A program made the position numbers and the translations under genes. The notes beneath the pieces were generated by a model that worked only from the letters and a program-made list of their open reading frames with translations, was not told where the DNA came from and made no database searches. A DNA stretch of 64,000 nucleotides, from contig MU626301.1 in assembly GCA_025603075.1 (NCBI GenBank), forward strand, positions 64,315-128,314, written 5' to 3'. The stretch comes from Neoconidiobolus thromboides FSU 785. Taxonomy: Eukaryota > Fungi > Entomophthoromycota. Shown in pieces: positions 40,501 to 54,162 of the stretch (its first letter is position 1; each line of letters begins with the position of its first letter).

Positions 40501-41847
40501 GAAAATCTTGAGAATCAACGACAAGTTTCCAAAAAGGATGAGATAATCCAATTGAAAGAGAATGAGCTAAAACAAAAGGATGAATTAATTCAAGCAAAAT
40601 TGAAAGAATTAGAAGCTAAAGAAGCAGAACTAATTAAGAAAGATGAGATCATTTCTGAAAAAGATTCAATAATTGAGGCAAAGGATAAAGAAAGACTTAA
40701 TAATGAGCAACAGGTTCTCAAGAAAGATAAGGTAATTCAATCAAAAGAGAAGGAATTGAAAGAAAAAATCGGATTATTACAAGAAAAAGAAGTGTTAATT
40801 TCAATCAAGTTAAGTGAATTAGAAATTAAAGAGGCAGAGTTAATTAAGAAAGACCAAGTTATTTCTGAGAAAGATGCCATTATTAAATTAAAAAGCAAAG
40901 AAAGCCTTGAAAATGAACAAGAAATTTATAACAATAATAAACTTATCCAACTAAAAGATGAAGAGCTTAAGGAAAAAAATGATTTATTAAGAAAGAAAGA
41001 GGAAGTAATCTTAACCAAATTGGATGAGTTAGAGGTTAAAAATGCAGAATTAATTAAAAGAGATCAAATCATTTCTGAAAAGGGTGCTTTGATTGACACA
41101 ATAAAGAAAGAAAACCTCAATAATGAACAGCGAGTTTCTGAAAAGGATAAATTGATCCAATCAAAAGAAATCGAATTGAAACAAAAAGAGGAATTGATCC
41201 AAATCAAAATGAAAGAATTGGAAGACAAAGGAGCAGAATTGATGAAGAAAGACCAAATTATTTCTGAGAAAGATGCTATAATTGAATCAAAGAGTAAAGA
41301 AGACCTTGATAATGAGCAACAATCTTCTAAAAAAGATGAAATTATTCAATTAAAAGAGAAAGAACTGCAACAGAAAATTGAGCTGTTGAATGAAAAAGAA
41401 AAAATTATAAGTGAACAGGAAAATATAATTGAAATCAAAACTCAACATTTTGAAGATATTGTATCTCAGTTAGCTGATAAGGATAAAATCATTCAAGATA
41501 AAGATTTAGAAATCAATGTGAAATATAGGAATTATGAAGATAATAGTATTTTATTAGCTGAAAAGGATGAAATTATAAGCGAAAAGGAAAAAGAAATAAA
41601 TGAAAACCAACTTCGACTAAAAGAAAAGGATAGTCTTTTGTTTGAAAAGGAAAAAGTAATTAAACTAAAAGAAGAAGAGTTGGCTGAGAAGTTGAATTTA
41701 ATTATGAAAATAGATGAGAGTTTAAAAGAAAAAGAAAATATATTAAAGGCAAAAGATAAAGAGCTATTTGATAAAACTAAATTAATTAGTGAAATGGAAG
41801 AAAGTATGAAGGAAAGAAATATCCAGCCGGAAGTTTTTTATATTTAG
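34597..41847 (+). CDS. USO1: Uso1/p115 vesicle tether with very long repetitive coiled coil
   Basis: Head exons: QSGANTIYKLRDRL, DRRSTVQALKALS, LLDDEREIIRNEGLL, EIQKIMAFQNVFE, GGIIVQDCL, LLATWLHD. These splice into the 37171..41847 coiled-coil exon. The 3' end may extend to 42007 (see findings). Confidence 0.85.
37744..41420 (+). repeat. Coding tandem repeat of 19 units, ~56-70 aa (8-10 heptads) each, in USO1
   Basis: The recurring marker (E/K)QQxS(Q/K/E)KD was counted 19 times; a full unit such as SQKDRLI...LDSKQQF is 70 aa. Confidence 0.85.
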
Positions 41848-42359
41848 AATTATAGCTATGTCCATTTCGAATAATTTATCAAGTAAAACTAATAAAATTG
41901 ACTTATTCTATATGCTTTTATATATCGCTATTAGAATATATGTTATACTTTTCAAGCAGATACTTTATATACTTATAGTGTATAAATATCAATATTATCA
42001 AAACTAAAGTCCCTACGTAATAGGTATTTATTAATAATTAACAAGAATTTATAAAAAATTAGAATTAAAATAAAACTAAAAATGAAAAAGCATTAAATAA
42101 TCACATGTCAATATTTGGTTTATAAAACTATCATTGATATATTAAAATCTTTTTTTTTTTAATTTTCTATTATTTATCTTAATGAAATCTTACTGCGAAG
42201 TTCAGTGTTATTTAAAAAACATAAATACCAAAATTTACTTTTATTAAAATTGTAAGAATTTTTTCTAAAACTTCTCTTATTTGGTTTTTAATTCTGTCAA
42301 TTTATAAGAATTAAAAAGGGATGTGTCAAATAAAATTGTATAAATTTGACTAAAATATT

Positions 42360-42466
42360 AAATGGGGGATATTTTTTCTGGTTTTATCACTTTCCTTTTT
42401 TTTAAGCGCCATTTGAGCAAAAAGATTACCAGTAAAATTCTTAAATGAAAAAATACATCCCCAAAT
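42360..42466 (-). mobile_element. MITE-like element, copy 9
   Basis: AAAT-GGGGGATATTTT...AAAATACATCCCC-AAAT; flanked by a direct AAAT. Confidence 0.7.
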
Positions 42467-43274
42467 AATTAATTTTTTGATTATTTGAATTTGTCTAAAA
42501 AAGCTATTGCCGGATTATTATTTCAAATATTCAGAAAAGAATTACCGGATTATTACGGAAATAATTTTCACAATTTTATTTTTTGATGTATTTATTATAA
42601 CAAACTGGTAGATATATATTGTTGTTTAAGCTATTTTTATATCAACGACATTGAAGTTATTTTACTTAATATTAAAATATTGTTTTATTATGATTTGGTG
42701 TAGAAAATTTATATTTATAAAGTAACACTTCTTTTGAAATCCTTAACTAAACATATATATAATAGGTAATAAAGCTTGTTGAGTAAAATAGCCATAAGGA
42801 AACAAAACAATAGAAATAAGATTATAGAGATAAAGTGATTAGCTATAATGAGGGAGCTCAATCAAAGTCCTGGATTTAAAAACATTTGTTAAATAAATTC
42901 TGTTTTAAATATACATTATAGGTATATAAAAAATGTAATAGTTTTTATCAATATTTTATAATCTCGCTAAATTCAAGATTTATTATGGTAAATTGATATT
43001 AACGTCAGGAGTAAATTAATAATCAAAAGCACCACTATTTATTAAATGAGTACCTCAATTAGTAAATATAAAAACAAGATTATGATATGGCTATATTTAA
43101 TTTGTAAAGTATAAATAATTGATTAATTTGATTTGCTGAAATTCATTTTTGGTAAATGTTCCAAGTAATGTGATTTTTTATTGGCTTAGAATCATTTACT
43201 AATTAAAAATCAAAATTATATAAATCAATTTCAAACCTTACATAACAGCATTTTGTTATTCAAATTTTACTAGA

Positions 43275-46200
43275 ATGTCTTTAGAAAAAGCTACTAGCTC
43301 AAATAGTTGCTTTGCGCTAAGTAAAGAAAGAGTCGCTTCTTTAGTTGCTGATAAGTCTTTCGATGAGTTAAAGGCATTAAATGGAGTTGAAGGTATAATG
43401 AAAGAGTTAAAGGTTAATTCAGTTAAAAAAGGGCTAAGTTCTGATGAAACGTTGATTCCAGGTCAAGTGCTAGAAAAGAAAGATTTCGGAAGTTTCATTC
43501 ATCGTAAAGAATACTATGGAAAAAATGTAAGCATATTCATTATTTTATTTATAGCATTTACTTTAATATTTAGATTTTACCTGAAGTTAAACCTCGCTCA
43601 TTGTTTTCTTTAATGTTTGAAGCTTACCAAGATCCTACGTTGAGTATATCACTATGTTGTCACATTATAATTAACTAACATATTTAAATAGTCATGTTAA
43701 GCATTGCTTCATTAATTTCATTAATAATTGGTGTTTATGAAGATTCTTTAAAGGATCCCAGCTTAAATGAACCAAAATTAGGCTGGGTTGAAGGTATAAT
43801 TTTTAACATTTTAAAATTTTTTAAACTTATTTTAAGGTGTCGCTATTCAAATTGCTGTTTTGATTGTTATATTAACCAATGCTATCAATGATTATCAAAA
43901 GGAAAAACAATTCCGAATTTTAAATGCCAAGAAAGAAGATCGCTTAGTTAAGGTTATAAGAGATAGCTTACAACAAGAAATATCCGTTTATAAATTAGTT
44001 GTTGGTGACGTTGTTTTATTAGAGCCTGGAGAAATAATTCCTGTTGACTGCTTATTGGTTGAAGGCTTTAATATTATTTGTGATGAATCGTCTGCTACTG
44101 GAGAATCTGAGGCAATCAAAAAAGGAAAAGTAGAAAACAGCTTGGATCCCTTTTTGTTATCTGGTTCAAAAGTATTATCTGGCGTAGGTAAAGCAATAGT
44201 TGTTGCAGTAGGTGAAAATTCATTTGCTGGCAAAACCTTGATGTCAATGAGAGAAGAAAGTGATGACACCACCCCACTTCAAGAAAAATTAGGTGATTTA
44301 GCCAACCAAATATCTATTTTCGGCCTTGCAGCCGCTATTGTTATTGTTATTGTTCTGGTAGCAATATATAGTATGGATGTATACAATGGTAAAATAAATC
44401 CAAGTACTACCGAAATGTTTTCAATGGGAGTCAATATTATTGTACAAGCAATCACTATCGTTGTTGTTGCTGTTCCAGAGGGACTTCCGATGGCTGTCAC
44501 TCTAGCTCTTGCCTATGCAACAACTCAGATGATTAAAGATAATAATCTTGTTCGTGTACTTGCTTCTTGTGAAACGATGGGAAATGCAACAGTGTTATGT
44601 AGTGATAAGACTGGAACCCTTACATTAAATGAAATGACAGTGGTAAAAGGACAAATAGCTAAGGTCAATTTTGAAGATTCAGATGTATTAAAGGGTAATT
44701 TGGACTTTGCTGTATCTGAATTGCTGTGCAAAGCAATTTCATGTAATTCTTCTGCATTTGAAGGTAAAGATGAAAAAGGGAATATCAATTTGATTGGATC
44801 TAGAACTGAATGTGCACTCTTAAGTTTTATTCAAGGTATGGGACATGACTTTATGAAGACAAGAGAGGAAAACAATATTGTTAAAGTTTATCCATTTTCT
44901 TCTGAAGTAAAATCAATGACAACCATAGTTGAGTTAAACAAGGACAAATGTCGTTTATTTAGTACTGGGGCATCTGAGATTTTATTAGAAAAGTCAAAGT
45001 TTTATTTAGATAAAGATAACGTAATTAATGAGATTGATGCTGAGCAATTTGATAGATTTAATCAAACTATTTCAGTAATGGCAGATGAAAGTTTAAGAAC
45101 CATTGCAATCGGATATAAAGATATACAACGCAATGTTGTTTCAGATAAAAATGATTTGGAATCTCTAATTTTAATTGGTATTGTTGGTATTGAAGATCCT
45201 TTAAGAGAAGGGGTAACAAATTCTATGGAAATATTTAAAAAGGCAGGTGTACAGGTTAAAATGATCACTGGTGATAACTTAAAAACCGCATGTGCAATTG
45301 CAAAAAAAGCAGGGATCTTAACTACAGGTGGTATTGCAATGACTGGGAATGAGTTTAATAAATTAAATGGTGAACAAAGATTAGCTGTTTTGCCAAAATT
45401 ACAAGTGTTAGCAAGGTCTTCACCATCGGATAAACTCAATATTGTAAAAGGTTTAAAGCAGCTAGATGAAGTTGTTGCAATGACTGGTGATGGTACAAAT
45501 GATGGTCCTGCACTCAAATTAAGTGATGTTGGTTTTGGAATGGGAATATGTGGTACTGAAGTTGCAAAAGAAGCTTCATCAATTATTTTAATGGATGACA
45601 ATTTTAATTCCATTGTCAATGCACTTAGATGGGGAAGATCTATCAACAATTCGGTTAAGAAATTTTTACAGTTCCAAATTACTGTTAACATTGTTGCAGT
45701 AATAACATCTTTCTACTCTTCTGTTGTTGACCCAAACCATCGCTCAGTTCTTAGTACTGTACAACTATTATGGGTAAATCTAATTATGGATACATTAGCT
45801 GCTTTGGCTTTGGCAACTGAACCCCCTACTGACGATTTAATAGATTCTTATCCTGCCTCAAAGAAAGCTTCTTTAATTTCATACAAAATGTGGAAGCATA
45901 TTATTGGACAATCAGTATTTCAATTAATTGTAACACTTTTATTACTTGATTATGGTGAACATATATTATTTAACGATAATGATATTAATGTATTAAATAC
46001 AGCCGTATTTAATACATTTGTATTTTTACAAGTGTTTAATCAATTTAATTGTCGTAGAATTTGTGATCAAAAGAATGTTTTCGAAAACATATCAAATAAT
46101 TTAGTGTTTAATATTATTCAAGTTATTGTTGTAGTTGGGCAACTATTTTTGGTTCAATTTGGTGGTAACTATTTTTCAACTACTCCACTTACTTTATACC

Positions 46201-46361
46201 AACACCTCATAACTATTGCAATCGGTTCTCTCTCTTTACCAATAGGACTTGTATTAAGATTAATTCCAGAGCCAAAATCATCAACAAACCAACATCATAC
46301 TCCTTTAGTTTCAATTGAACAACTCGAAAAAGAGCACCTTCAAAATAAAAAAGTAAATTGA
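43275..46361 (+). CDS. PMC1: P2B-type Ca2+-ATPase (vacuolar Pmc1-like, spliced 5' end)
   Basis: CDESSATGES, VVVAVPEGLPMAVT, CSDKTGTLT phosphorylation site, VAMTGDGTNDGPALK, KFLQFQITVN, QLLWVNLIMDT. Confidence 0.95.
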
Positions 46362-46660
46362 TTCTAGATAAATGGGATTTTGTTCTTAATAAAAAAAACT
46401 AATAAAACTAATATTTACCATTTATCACGTATTATTTAACTTTTACTTCGTTACTACTTAATAACAACTCAACATCTATACAATATTCACAAGTGAATCC
46501 TATTTAGGTTAGATTACAATTATATCATTTTTAAATCGTTGAACGCTATACTGAAACTTCAAGTTAATAAAAAACAAAAGCAAGAATTAAAGAATAATGT
46601 GCTAAATATTATAATCTTGTAGCTTTTATTTATACTTTATTAATGCTTTTGCCTTTTAAT

Positions 46661-46768
46661 ATATGGGGATGTATTTTCATGTTTAAGAATTTTACTAACA
46701 AATTTTCCGCTTAAATAGTGCTTAAAAAATCGAAAAAATAATGAAGTCAAAAAAAAACACTCCCATAT
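46661..46768 (+). mobile_element. MITE-like element, copy 10
   Basis: ATAT-GGGGATG...CACTCCC-ATAT. Confidence 0.85.
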
Positions 46769-46818
46769 AATAAAAGTGATTATAATAGTTCGTATATCTT
46801 TTACAATATACTTAACAT

Positions 46819-46919
46819 ACATGAGTATATTTTATGTTTAAAATTTTAATAACAATTTTCCACTCGAATAGTGCTTAAAAAATGCAAAAGCAATGAAGCC
46901 AAAAAAAACACCTTTATAT
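46819..46919 (+). mobile_element. MITE-like element, copy 11 (degenerate)
   Basis: Core AATTTTCCACTCGAATAGTGCTTAAAAAATG...GAAGCCAAAAAAAACAC retained; ends decayed. Confidence 0.65.
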
Positions 46920-48004
46920 ATCCCAATTTCTATCTAAATGTATACTTATTTTAAAAGCCAGATTAAATACTTTTAACTAGAAACTACCTAAGTTATAATA
47001 CAATTAAAACATACATACTAGTTAAAATGTTGATGATAGGTAATGCATCGTAACATTTTATAATGATGTGATAGTAAAACATAAAAAATGCCATTGATAT
47101 AATCTAAAAATTTATATTGACAAAAATCTAATTTCCGATTTTATAAAGAAATATACTTGATATAGATGTTAGATCAAAAATTGAGTTCTTCCTACTTTAT
47201 AAACAATGTTCTAAAAACCAGGCTGGGTAAGTAAACCTTTTTACAATTAGCTCTTTAGAATAGATATATAAAGGAAGTAGTGTAAAGGAAGTAGTAGATA
47301 TAAATCAGTTGCTGCTTAAAGATATAAGAAAAGGTGCAAAAGGAATGTATAGTGTAAAGTTGTTTGTTATAGTTGAAGAGTGCAACAAAAAATGAGTGTT
47401 TTTTAACAACCCATGACTAAATTTTGAACCATTATAACCTTTTTTTACTATTTTTGATTATAAGATTTAGTGTTCTCGTTTTTTGTCCGAAGTTTGTCCA
47501 TATAAAACATGACAGATTAGATGACAAAATTAAATTAACAGTAGAACATGAGGTGGCTATAAATGGGCATAAGATTTATTTAAACTTATTATGTATTAAA
47601 AGATGAAGTAAGGTTTTTTTGTTTATCATATATGGGCCAATTTTTGCTAATTTTAATGCTTCCAGTTTACTGCAAATTTATAAAAATATTGCAGAAAAAA
47701 TAGCTTTTTGCATAATTTTTGGAAAGCTATTTAGTTTTATACAAGTTCAAATCAGAAAAATAGAAGCTTTAATCTGATCTTTAGACTTATTAAAAAATAT
47801 CATAACTAAAAAAACATCACAAATAATAAAAACTTTATGAATATTGAGATACTTGATATATTTTATTGTATAAGATATATTCATTGTTTTTAGTAAATCT
47901 TCAACTTTTTTGAAAATAAGTAAACTCGTTTTAATTGGTAAGAATATTTTTATAAAATTGTTTTTTCAAATTTTGATTCAATTTTAAAAGTTTAGAATTT
48001 AAAA

Positions 48005-48800
48005 ATGAATGTTACTAGAATTATATCCTCATCATCAAAAAGTAAATACCAATCAAGTTAAATAATATGACTCTAACTTTAATATATAGGTAGTATAAGT
48101 AAAAGATGGTCTTGTTTCTCTACTATTTCAAAAGGTATTTCGCCATTATATTATTTAAACACATTTAATGCTCTCATTAGTTATGAATAGTGAAGATATT
48201 TCTTCTTTTAAATTTAAAACAAAAGAGGACCTTATTTCAAATCCACCAAAAACTGCCTTTAATCGTAAGGTAGCTGATAGAAAATTATATTTAATCCAAG
48301 GATATTATGAAAGATTACAAAGTCCGTTAGTAATGGTGTATCAACATAACAATTTAAATGTTCCAGAATACAGAGCTTTACAACAACAAGTAGCTAAGTT
48401 GGGATGCAGGGTACAAACCACACGTACTGGTATAATGAAAACTGCATTAAGAGATTCTCCTTTTGAAGCTATGAGAACGTTGTTTAATGGCCCAACTTTA
48501 ATCATTTATGCTCATGATTTAAAAGAAGGAGAAACTACGTCTTCTGCCGCTAAGAAAGTACATGATTCTTTAGCAAAGAACAAAAAGCTCATTTTTATTG
48601 GTGCTAAAGCTGAACAGTTCTTATTCAGTGAAGCAACTTTCAGCCACTTTATGAGTTTACCTTCACTCCAAACCTTACAAGCACAATTGCTTGGCTCACT
48701 TCAAGTCCAACCCTCTCGTCTTATCTCTTTATTGGGACAAGAATCGCAACTTCTTTCTCGTCTCCTTACACAACACAAGGAAAATCAAGAATCTAAATAG
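48005..48800 (+). CDS. MRPL11: Mitochondrial ribosomal protein uL10m
   Basis: VMVYQHNNLNVPEYRALQQQV, LFNGPTLII, MSLPSLQTLQAQLLGSL. The start at 48005 was inferred across one intron. Confidence 0.8.
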
Positions 48801-48986
48801 ACAAATAAAAAAGTATTAATTTTAAATTAAAAGTGTTAATAAATAGCTAGTTTTGGAACTAACTAAAAAAACTGATAGCTTTTCTGAATATAGATCTATT
48901 TCATATTTCTAACCTTTAATAGTTTATAATTAAAAACAGTATATCAATTTCATGTAATGTAAAGATATAATTGTAAATTTGTCTCT

Positions 48987-50045
48987 TTATTCTACGATTT
49001 TATAAATTTGACTCAATGTATGATCTAATGAAGCCAAATCGTGTGCAAATGATCTAAGAATCTGTGCTTCAAGGAAATGAACTTGGCTTCCTACTATGAT
49101 TAAAGAGTGTAAAGGTTCTCCCATGTCAACTTCTTCAGCCATTTGTTTTAAAGTTGAACAAACGATCTTTTGAGTTGGAGAACCAATTCTAGCAATACCA
49201 ATTACTAAAGTGTTATCAGGATGATAAACTCCCTCATTTCTTTTTTCTTCAATTTCGATAAGCTGTTGAGCAGCAAGGCTTGCTGACATATAACGTGGAG
49301 GTTCATATATTTTACGTCCTCTAAATAAAGGCATAAATAAATGGTCACTTGATTTGAGTTATTTAAATTACCTAGCCATGTTTTCATAACTTTGTTCTTT
49401 AACCTTGATATCTATAAAGTTTTAAAATGGTGTTTCTAAATATAAAACTACACTACCTAATAGGCACAATGTATGTAGCCCAATATTTGTGTTTGCTTTT
49501 ATTTTATCATAGAATGAATCTGGTCTCCAATTATCATTAAAAAATACAATCGAAATGGTTTGACCAAAGTTATATAATTGCAATCCACATGCACCAACAG
49601 CGTTCATAATTGATGCATTATGAATAGATTCAACTTTTATACCTAGTTCTCGAGCACGAATAACTAAATCAGTATGAGTCGTAGCCCTTTTGAAGTTATT
49701 TTTTAATTTCATATATAAATAATAAAATTACCCAAATGGATCTCCAACTACTAAGAAAGCAACATTATTCTCTTTAGCTTCTTCCAACATTAAATCGCAA
49801 CCAGATTCTACCATTTCTCTATCTGCTACTTCGACCTTTTTACCATATAGTGCTTCCTATAAATTAAATTAAAAATTAAACATTTGATAGTTACTTAAAA
49901 TTCTCATTACCAATTTTGAAGTTTCAACAGTTAAGATAGAGGTGTAATGCTCCAAATAAATTTTCTCACATGATTTAACAGCATTTAAACCCTTGACAGT
50001 AATGTCATATTCGTCACATAATCCCAATCCTACAATATATAACAT
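48987..50045 (-). CDS. DPH5: Diphthine methyl ester synthase (spliced)
   Basis: [77 protein letters not shown]. Confidence 0.97.
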
Positions 50046-50564
50046 TTTTTTACTTTATAAAATTAAAAGACAGATTTTCAAAATTTTAATTTTAGTGCAT
50101 ATATCGAATTAAACTAATATTTTCTAGTATTTTATTTTACGAATGAAGTCTTAAGATTTATAAACTGGTATTTAAAAATACTATAATGGTTCTTCACTTA
50201 GTCTTGTTGATATATATGTCAACGGTGTTTTTGGTAAATGGCTATATTATGGTTTTTTAAAAAGAAATGTAAGTTTCGCCATTTATTAAACACAAACGAT
50301 TATTAAATAGAACGAATAATTTTGCCGTAAAAGTTTAAATGGTTTCTAGACAATAGTAATATATACGCTAGTTTAATACTATAACAGTTTTTTATACCTT
50401 TTAGACTTGAATGAATTTTTTACAGTGATAATTTTACTATGGATTAGTACGCTTACAGATAATATCATAAGGCTAATAATGTTAATAATCTAAAAAATAG
50501 GATAAAGTATTTGCATAAAATAAGAAGTCAAACTGTTTAAATAAAAAACTCAAGTTTCTGGTAT

Positions 50565-52850
50565 ATGAAAATTAAAAATAAAAACATAATTAAAGATAAA
50601 TTGATTGATTCTATTTTATTAAAAGATAGAAAGGTATTTATCAGGATTTATCTAACTTTAATATTTGTTCGGTTCCTCTTATCTTATAGTTTTGGATACA
50701 TTCATCCTGATGAGTTTTTTCAATCTGGTGAAATCTTAGCAAGTAACTTACAGAACAATTTTGTACAAATTTATCTAATGTTGGTGTTTTAGGAGATATT
50801 TTGGATATAGATACTTTAGTTACTTGGGAGTTTAATCCTTCATTTCCTTGTCGGTCAATAGTATTCCCGTAAAGCAGTTTAATGTAAATTAATATATTAT
50901 AAATTTTGGTATTATAGATATATATTTGGGGCACCGCCATTTTACGCATTTAAATTCTTAATTAAGTACTATCCATCATTTAATTCGACCTTATTTTTAT
51001 ATATCTTTCAGAGAACTTATTCAACTATTTTGAGTTTATTAATTGACTTTTCACTTTATAAGCTAATAGAGGATAAGTTGACTGTTAAAAGAGGATTATT
51101 GTTATTATGGTCAACCAGCTATTTAGTCACAAGTTATTTTACTCATTCTTTTTCTAATTCTGCTGAAACTATAATATTGGGAATATGTTTATTATCAGGA
51201 AAATTTTCCTATAATTACTCTATAAAAGGGTTTGATGAAAGGATAGGTTTAAAAAATAAGAGATTATTGGTAATTACATAAGCCAACTATAAATGATAAT
51301 ATAATATTTTGATTTTAGACTCGTTTTATACTAGGGCTCTTTGTGTCTATTGGAGTTATGACACGCGTCACCTTTATCTTTTTCTTACTACCATTGTCAT
51401 TTTACTGTATTTATTGTTCATTCAAAGGTATAATGTTTGTCAAAAAAAGGTAAACTTCGTTATTGTATAAATATTTTATGCATAAATTAACATATTAATA
51501 GATATAGATTGTGGTTATGGTTATTTAGAGAATCCTTTTTTATAATTTCATTTATAGCATCATTGTATTTATTTGTATTTATCGATTCAGTTTATTTTCG
51601 AAACGATCTAAAGCTGAGTGATGGGCTATATCCTAGCAAAATTAAAGACAAACTTATATTTACATTTTTAAATAACATCAGATATAACATGAATAGTGAT
51701 AACCTAGCTATTCATGGTATTCATCCAAGATATTTAAACTTAATAGTCAATATGCCTTTGCTATTTTTGCCATGCATTATAGCAATTATAGTTGACTATA
51801 AAGCTATGATGACAAATTACATCTCAAAGTGTAATTATTATTAACATAGATATGCTGATATTAATTATTTTTTAGTGATGCTAAGTACTATAATCTCAGG
51901 TACTACTTTTCTTTCGTTTATCCCACATCAAGAACCAAGATTCTTGATTCCACTTAGTATACCTTACTTTGTATTAAGTAAATCTTTATTAAAGTTTCAT
52001 GAAAAGAAATTTTTGGTAAGATTTCAATATCCGCTTTTAATATATTTAATAACATTTAATAATTTATTTATAGAATTTATGGTTGTTTTACAATATGCTC
52101 TTAGTCATGTTTTATTGCGGATTACACCAAGCTGGGGTTATACCTACGTTGATTCGTTTAAATAAGGATCCTGACATTAATTTAAATTGTATTAATCTTC
52201 ATAATGGTTTTGATACCTTTAATACTATTAAATGTAACGTTGATACAATAGGGAATGGAAGAGGTAATTTTATGATATACTACATTCATTTTTAAATAAC
52301 TATTTGTTAGGTTTATGTGATAGCTATGTAACCTTTGTTTTTATGTATAAGTCTTTTATGGGACCGCGTCATCTTTTATATTCTACCAATAATGATCAAA
52401 AACATACAATAATATTAAAAGATTTAATTGGAATAGATGATAATGAATTTCACAAATTTATAGAAAATTATCCGTCGCCTATTATACAAACACACGATGG
52501 TTTGGATTCTATTTATTGGGAAAGAAAAAAAGATGAAATAACTAAGAGTATTACATGTTCGAGGTATTTAATATTATTTATGTATTTAAAGGTAACTAAC
52601 GCTACTTACTAATAGAACTTTAGTTGTTACGACATCATCTCATATACAAAGTTGGAGTTCGAAAGCATTATTATCTGAATTAAAGTATCACAATAGCTTC
52701 AACTATAATATGAGCATAATTTTAAAACAATTTCCTCATATTAATACTGATGAGATTGGTGTTATTATTCAACATTATTTGATAAAATCAAAACCACTAT
52801 CGCCGCTGGTATTATATACTACTCAGTTAATCAAAGTAATTAAAAATTAA
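50565..52850 (+). CDS. SMP3: GPI mannosyltransferase 4 (Smp3/PIG-Z, spliced)
   Basis: GYIHPDEFFQSGE, TWEFNPSFPCRSI, HSFSNSAET, NLAIHGIHPRYL, PHQEPRFLIPL, HQAGVIP. Confidence 0.9.
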
Positions 52851-52911
52851 CATATAAGATAATTGGATAAATATTTTAATTATGCAAATAATAAAAGAAT
52901 ATTCAAAGTTA

Positions 52912-53525
52912 TTAATTATTACTATTATCTAAGCGATCCATTAATTTACAAAACTCTTTTAAGCTTAGCTTGATTTCCTTTCTATTATCATTCACACCAA
53001 ATATAACGTTTGATAACCAATTGAAATCAAATCCTTTATCACCATCGATATCATTGTCATATGTTTTTTGATTTTTAGCTATTTCTAACATATCAATTAG
53101 TTCCTCATCCGGAATTGGATCTTTTCTCAAAGCTGCTGGGTTGAGGTCACCAGATATTCTACGTAGATCATTTAAATTAATATATCCTTTCGAGTCTTTA
53201 TCTACCAAACGAAAAATATCAATGTAATGCTTTACTGGGTCAAATACTAGCTATAAAATTATTATTTGGTATAATTTTAACAATTTAATAATATTACCAT
53301 TGCAGTTTCTGCCAGATCTTTGAATTTTCCAAAATTAATTGGAGCCGAATTTTTATTTAATCCTTCAGCTTCTAGTAATTGGTGCTTCAAATCATCATTT
53401 TTAATATTTATATTTATAGCTCTTAGTGAAGGAATTATATCTTCAATGCTCAATAATTTTGTATTGGGATCACAGAATGCTTTAAAGGAATGATAAGGGT
53501 CATAAACATTGCTATTATTATCCAT
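52912..53525 (-). CDS. Centrin/calmodulin-like EF-hand protein (one intron)
   Basis: SFKAFCDPNTKLLSIEDIIPSLRAI, INFGKFKDL, FRLVDKDSKGYINLNDLRRI, DEELIDMLE. Confidence 0.65.
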
Positions 53526-53632
53526 CTTAATTAAAAATCAACCAACAATTTTTCATTTCATACTTAAATTAGACTGCAAAAGTTAGTTTATATTCTGCAA
53601 CCTGTAATTTGCTTTTTTACTTTTTTATTAAA

Positions 53633-53896
53633 ATGGCCAAAAAAGCTAAAGCACGGTATTTCAACACTAACTTAAATATGTTAAATTCTAATATATAAAA
53701 GCACAATATTAGTTAAATTATTAAGTACTGCCAAAACTGGTTATTTCTATGTACGTTCTAGACCTCGTGTTTCGCCCAAATTATCTTTTATGAAATTTGA
53801 TCCAAAAAGTAAGTTAGCAAATATTTATTATACATTCTTTTAATCATAATTTTAGTTAATCAACATGTGCTTTTTACTGAAAGTAAAATGAAATAA
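53633..53896 (+). CDS. MRPL39: Mitochondrial ribosomal protein bL33m (spliced)
   Basis: MAKKAKARTILVKLLSTAKTGYFYVRSRPRVSPKLSFMKFDPKINQHVLFTESKMK* after two introns. Confidence 0.9.
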
Positions 53897-54162
53897 TAGA
53901 ATAAAGATTAGATTAATACCACTTTTTATCATTATAAATCAAATAAAATAGTTTTGTAATAAACCGAAGTATCATTATTTTGATGTGTTTAAATAGGAAA
54001 ATTATCAAAATTTTATTGTTAAGATTTATTATAGTTTTAAGTATTAAGTTTATTAGCTTTATTTTTTAATATACTCAAACAAAAGGTTACATAATTAAAG
54101 CCAGGTGTAGAGTTTTTTAAATAATTTTATTTCAAATTTGTAACAAGATCGAAGCTTTATTT

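Noticed and set aside
42510-42555. Direct repeat CCGGATTATTA x2 upstream of PMC1
   Set aside because: Only two short copies and no other support; could be chance or a TF site.
33597-46361. CNB1 and PMC1 (calcineurin and its classical target) within 10 kb
   Set aside because: They are separated by USO1 and no CDRE-like motif was seen; likely coincidence.
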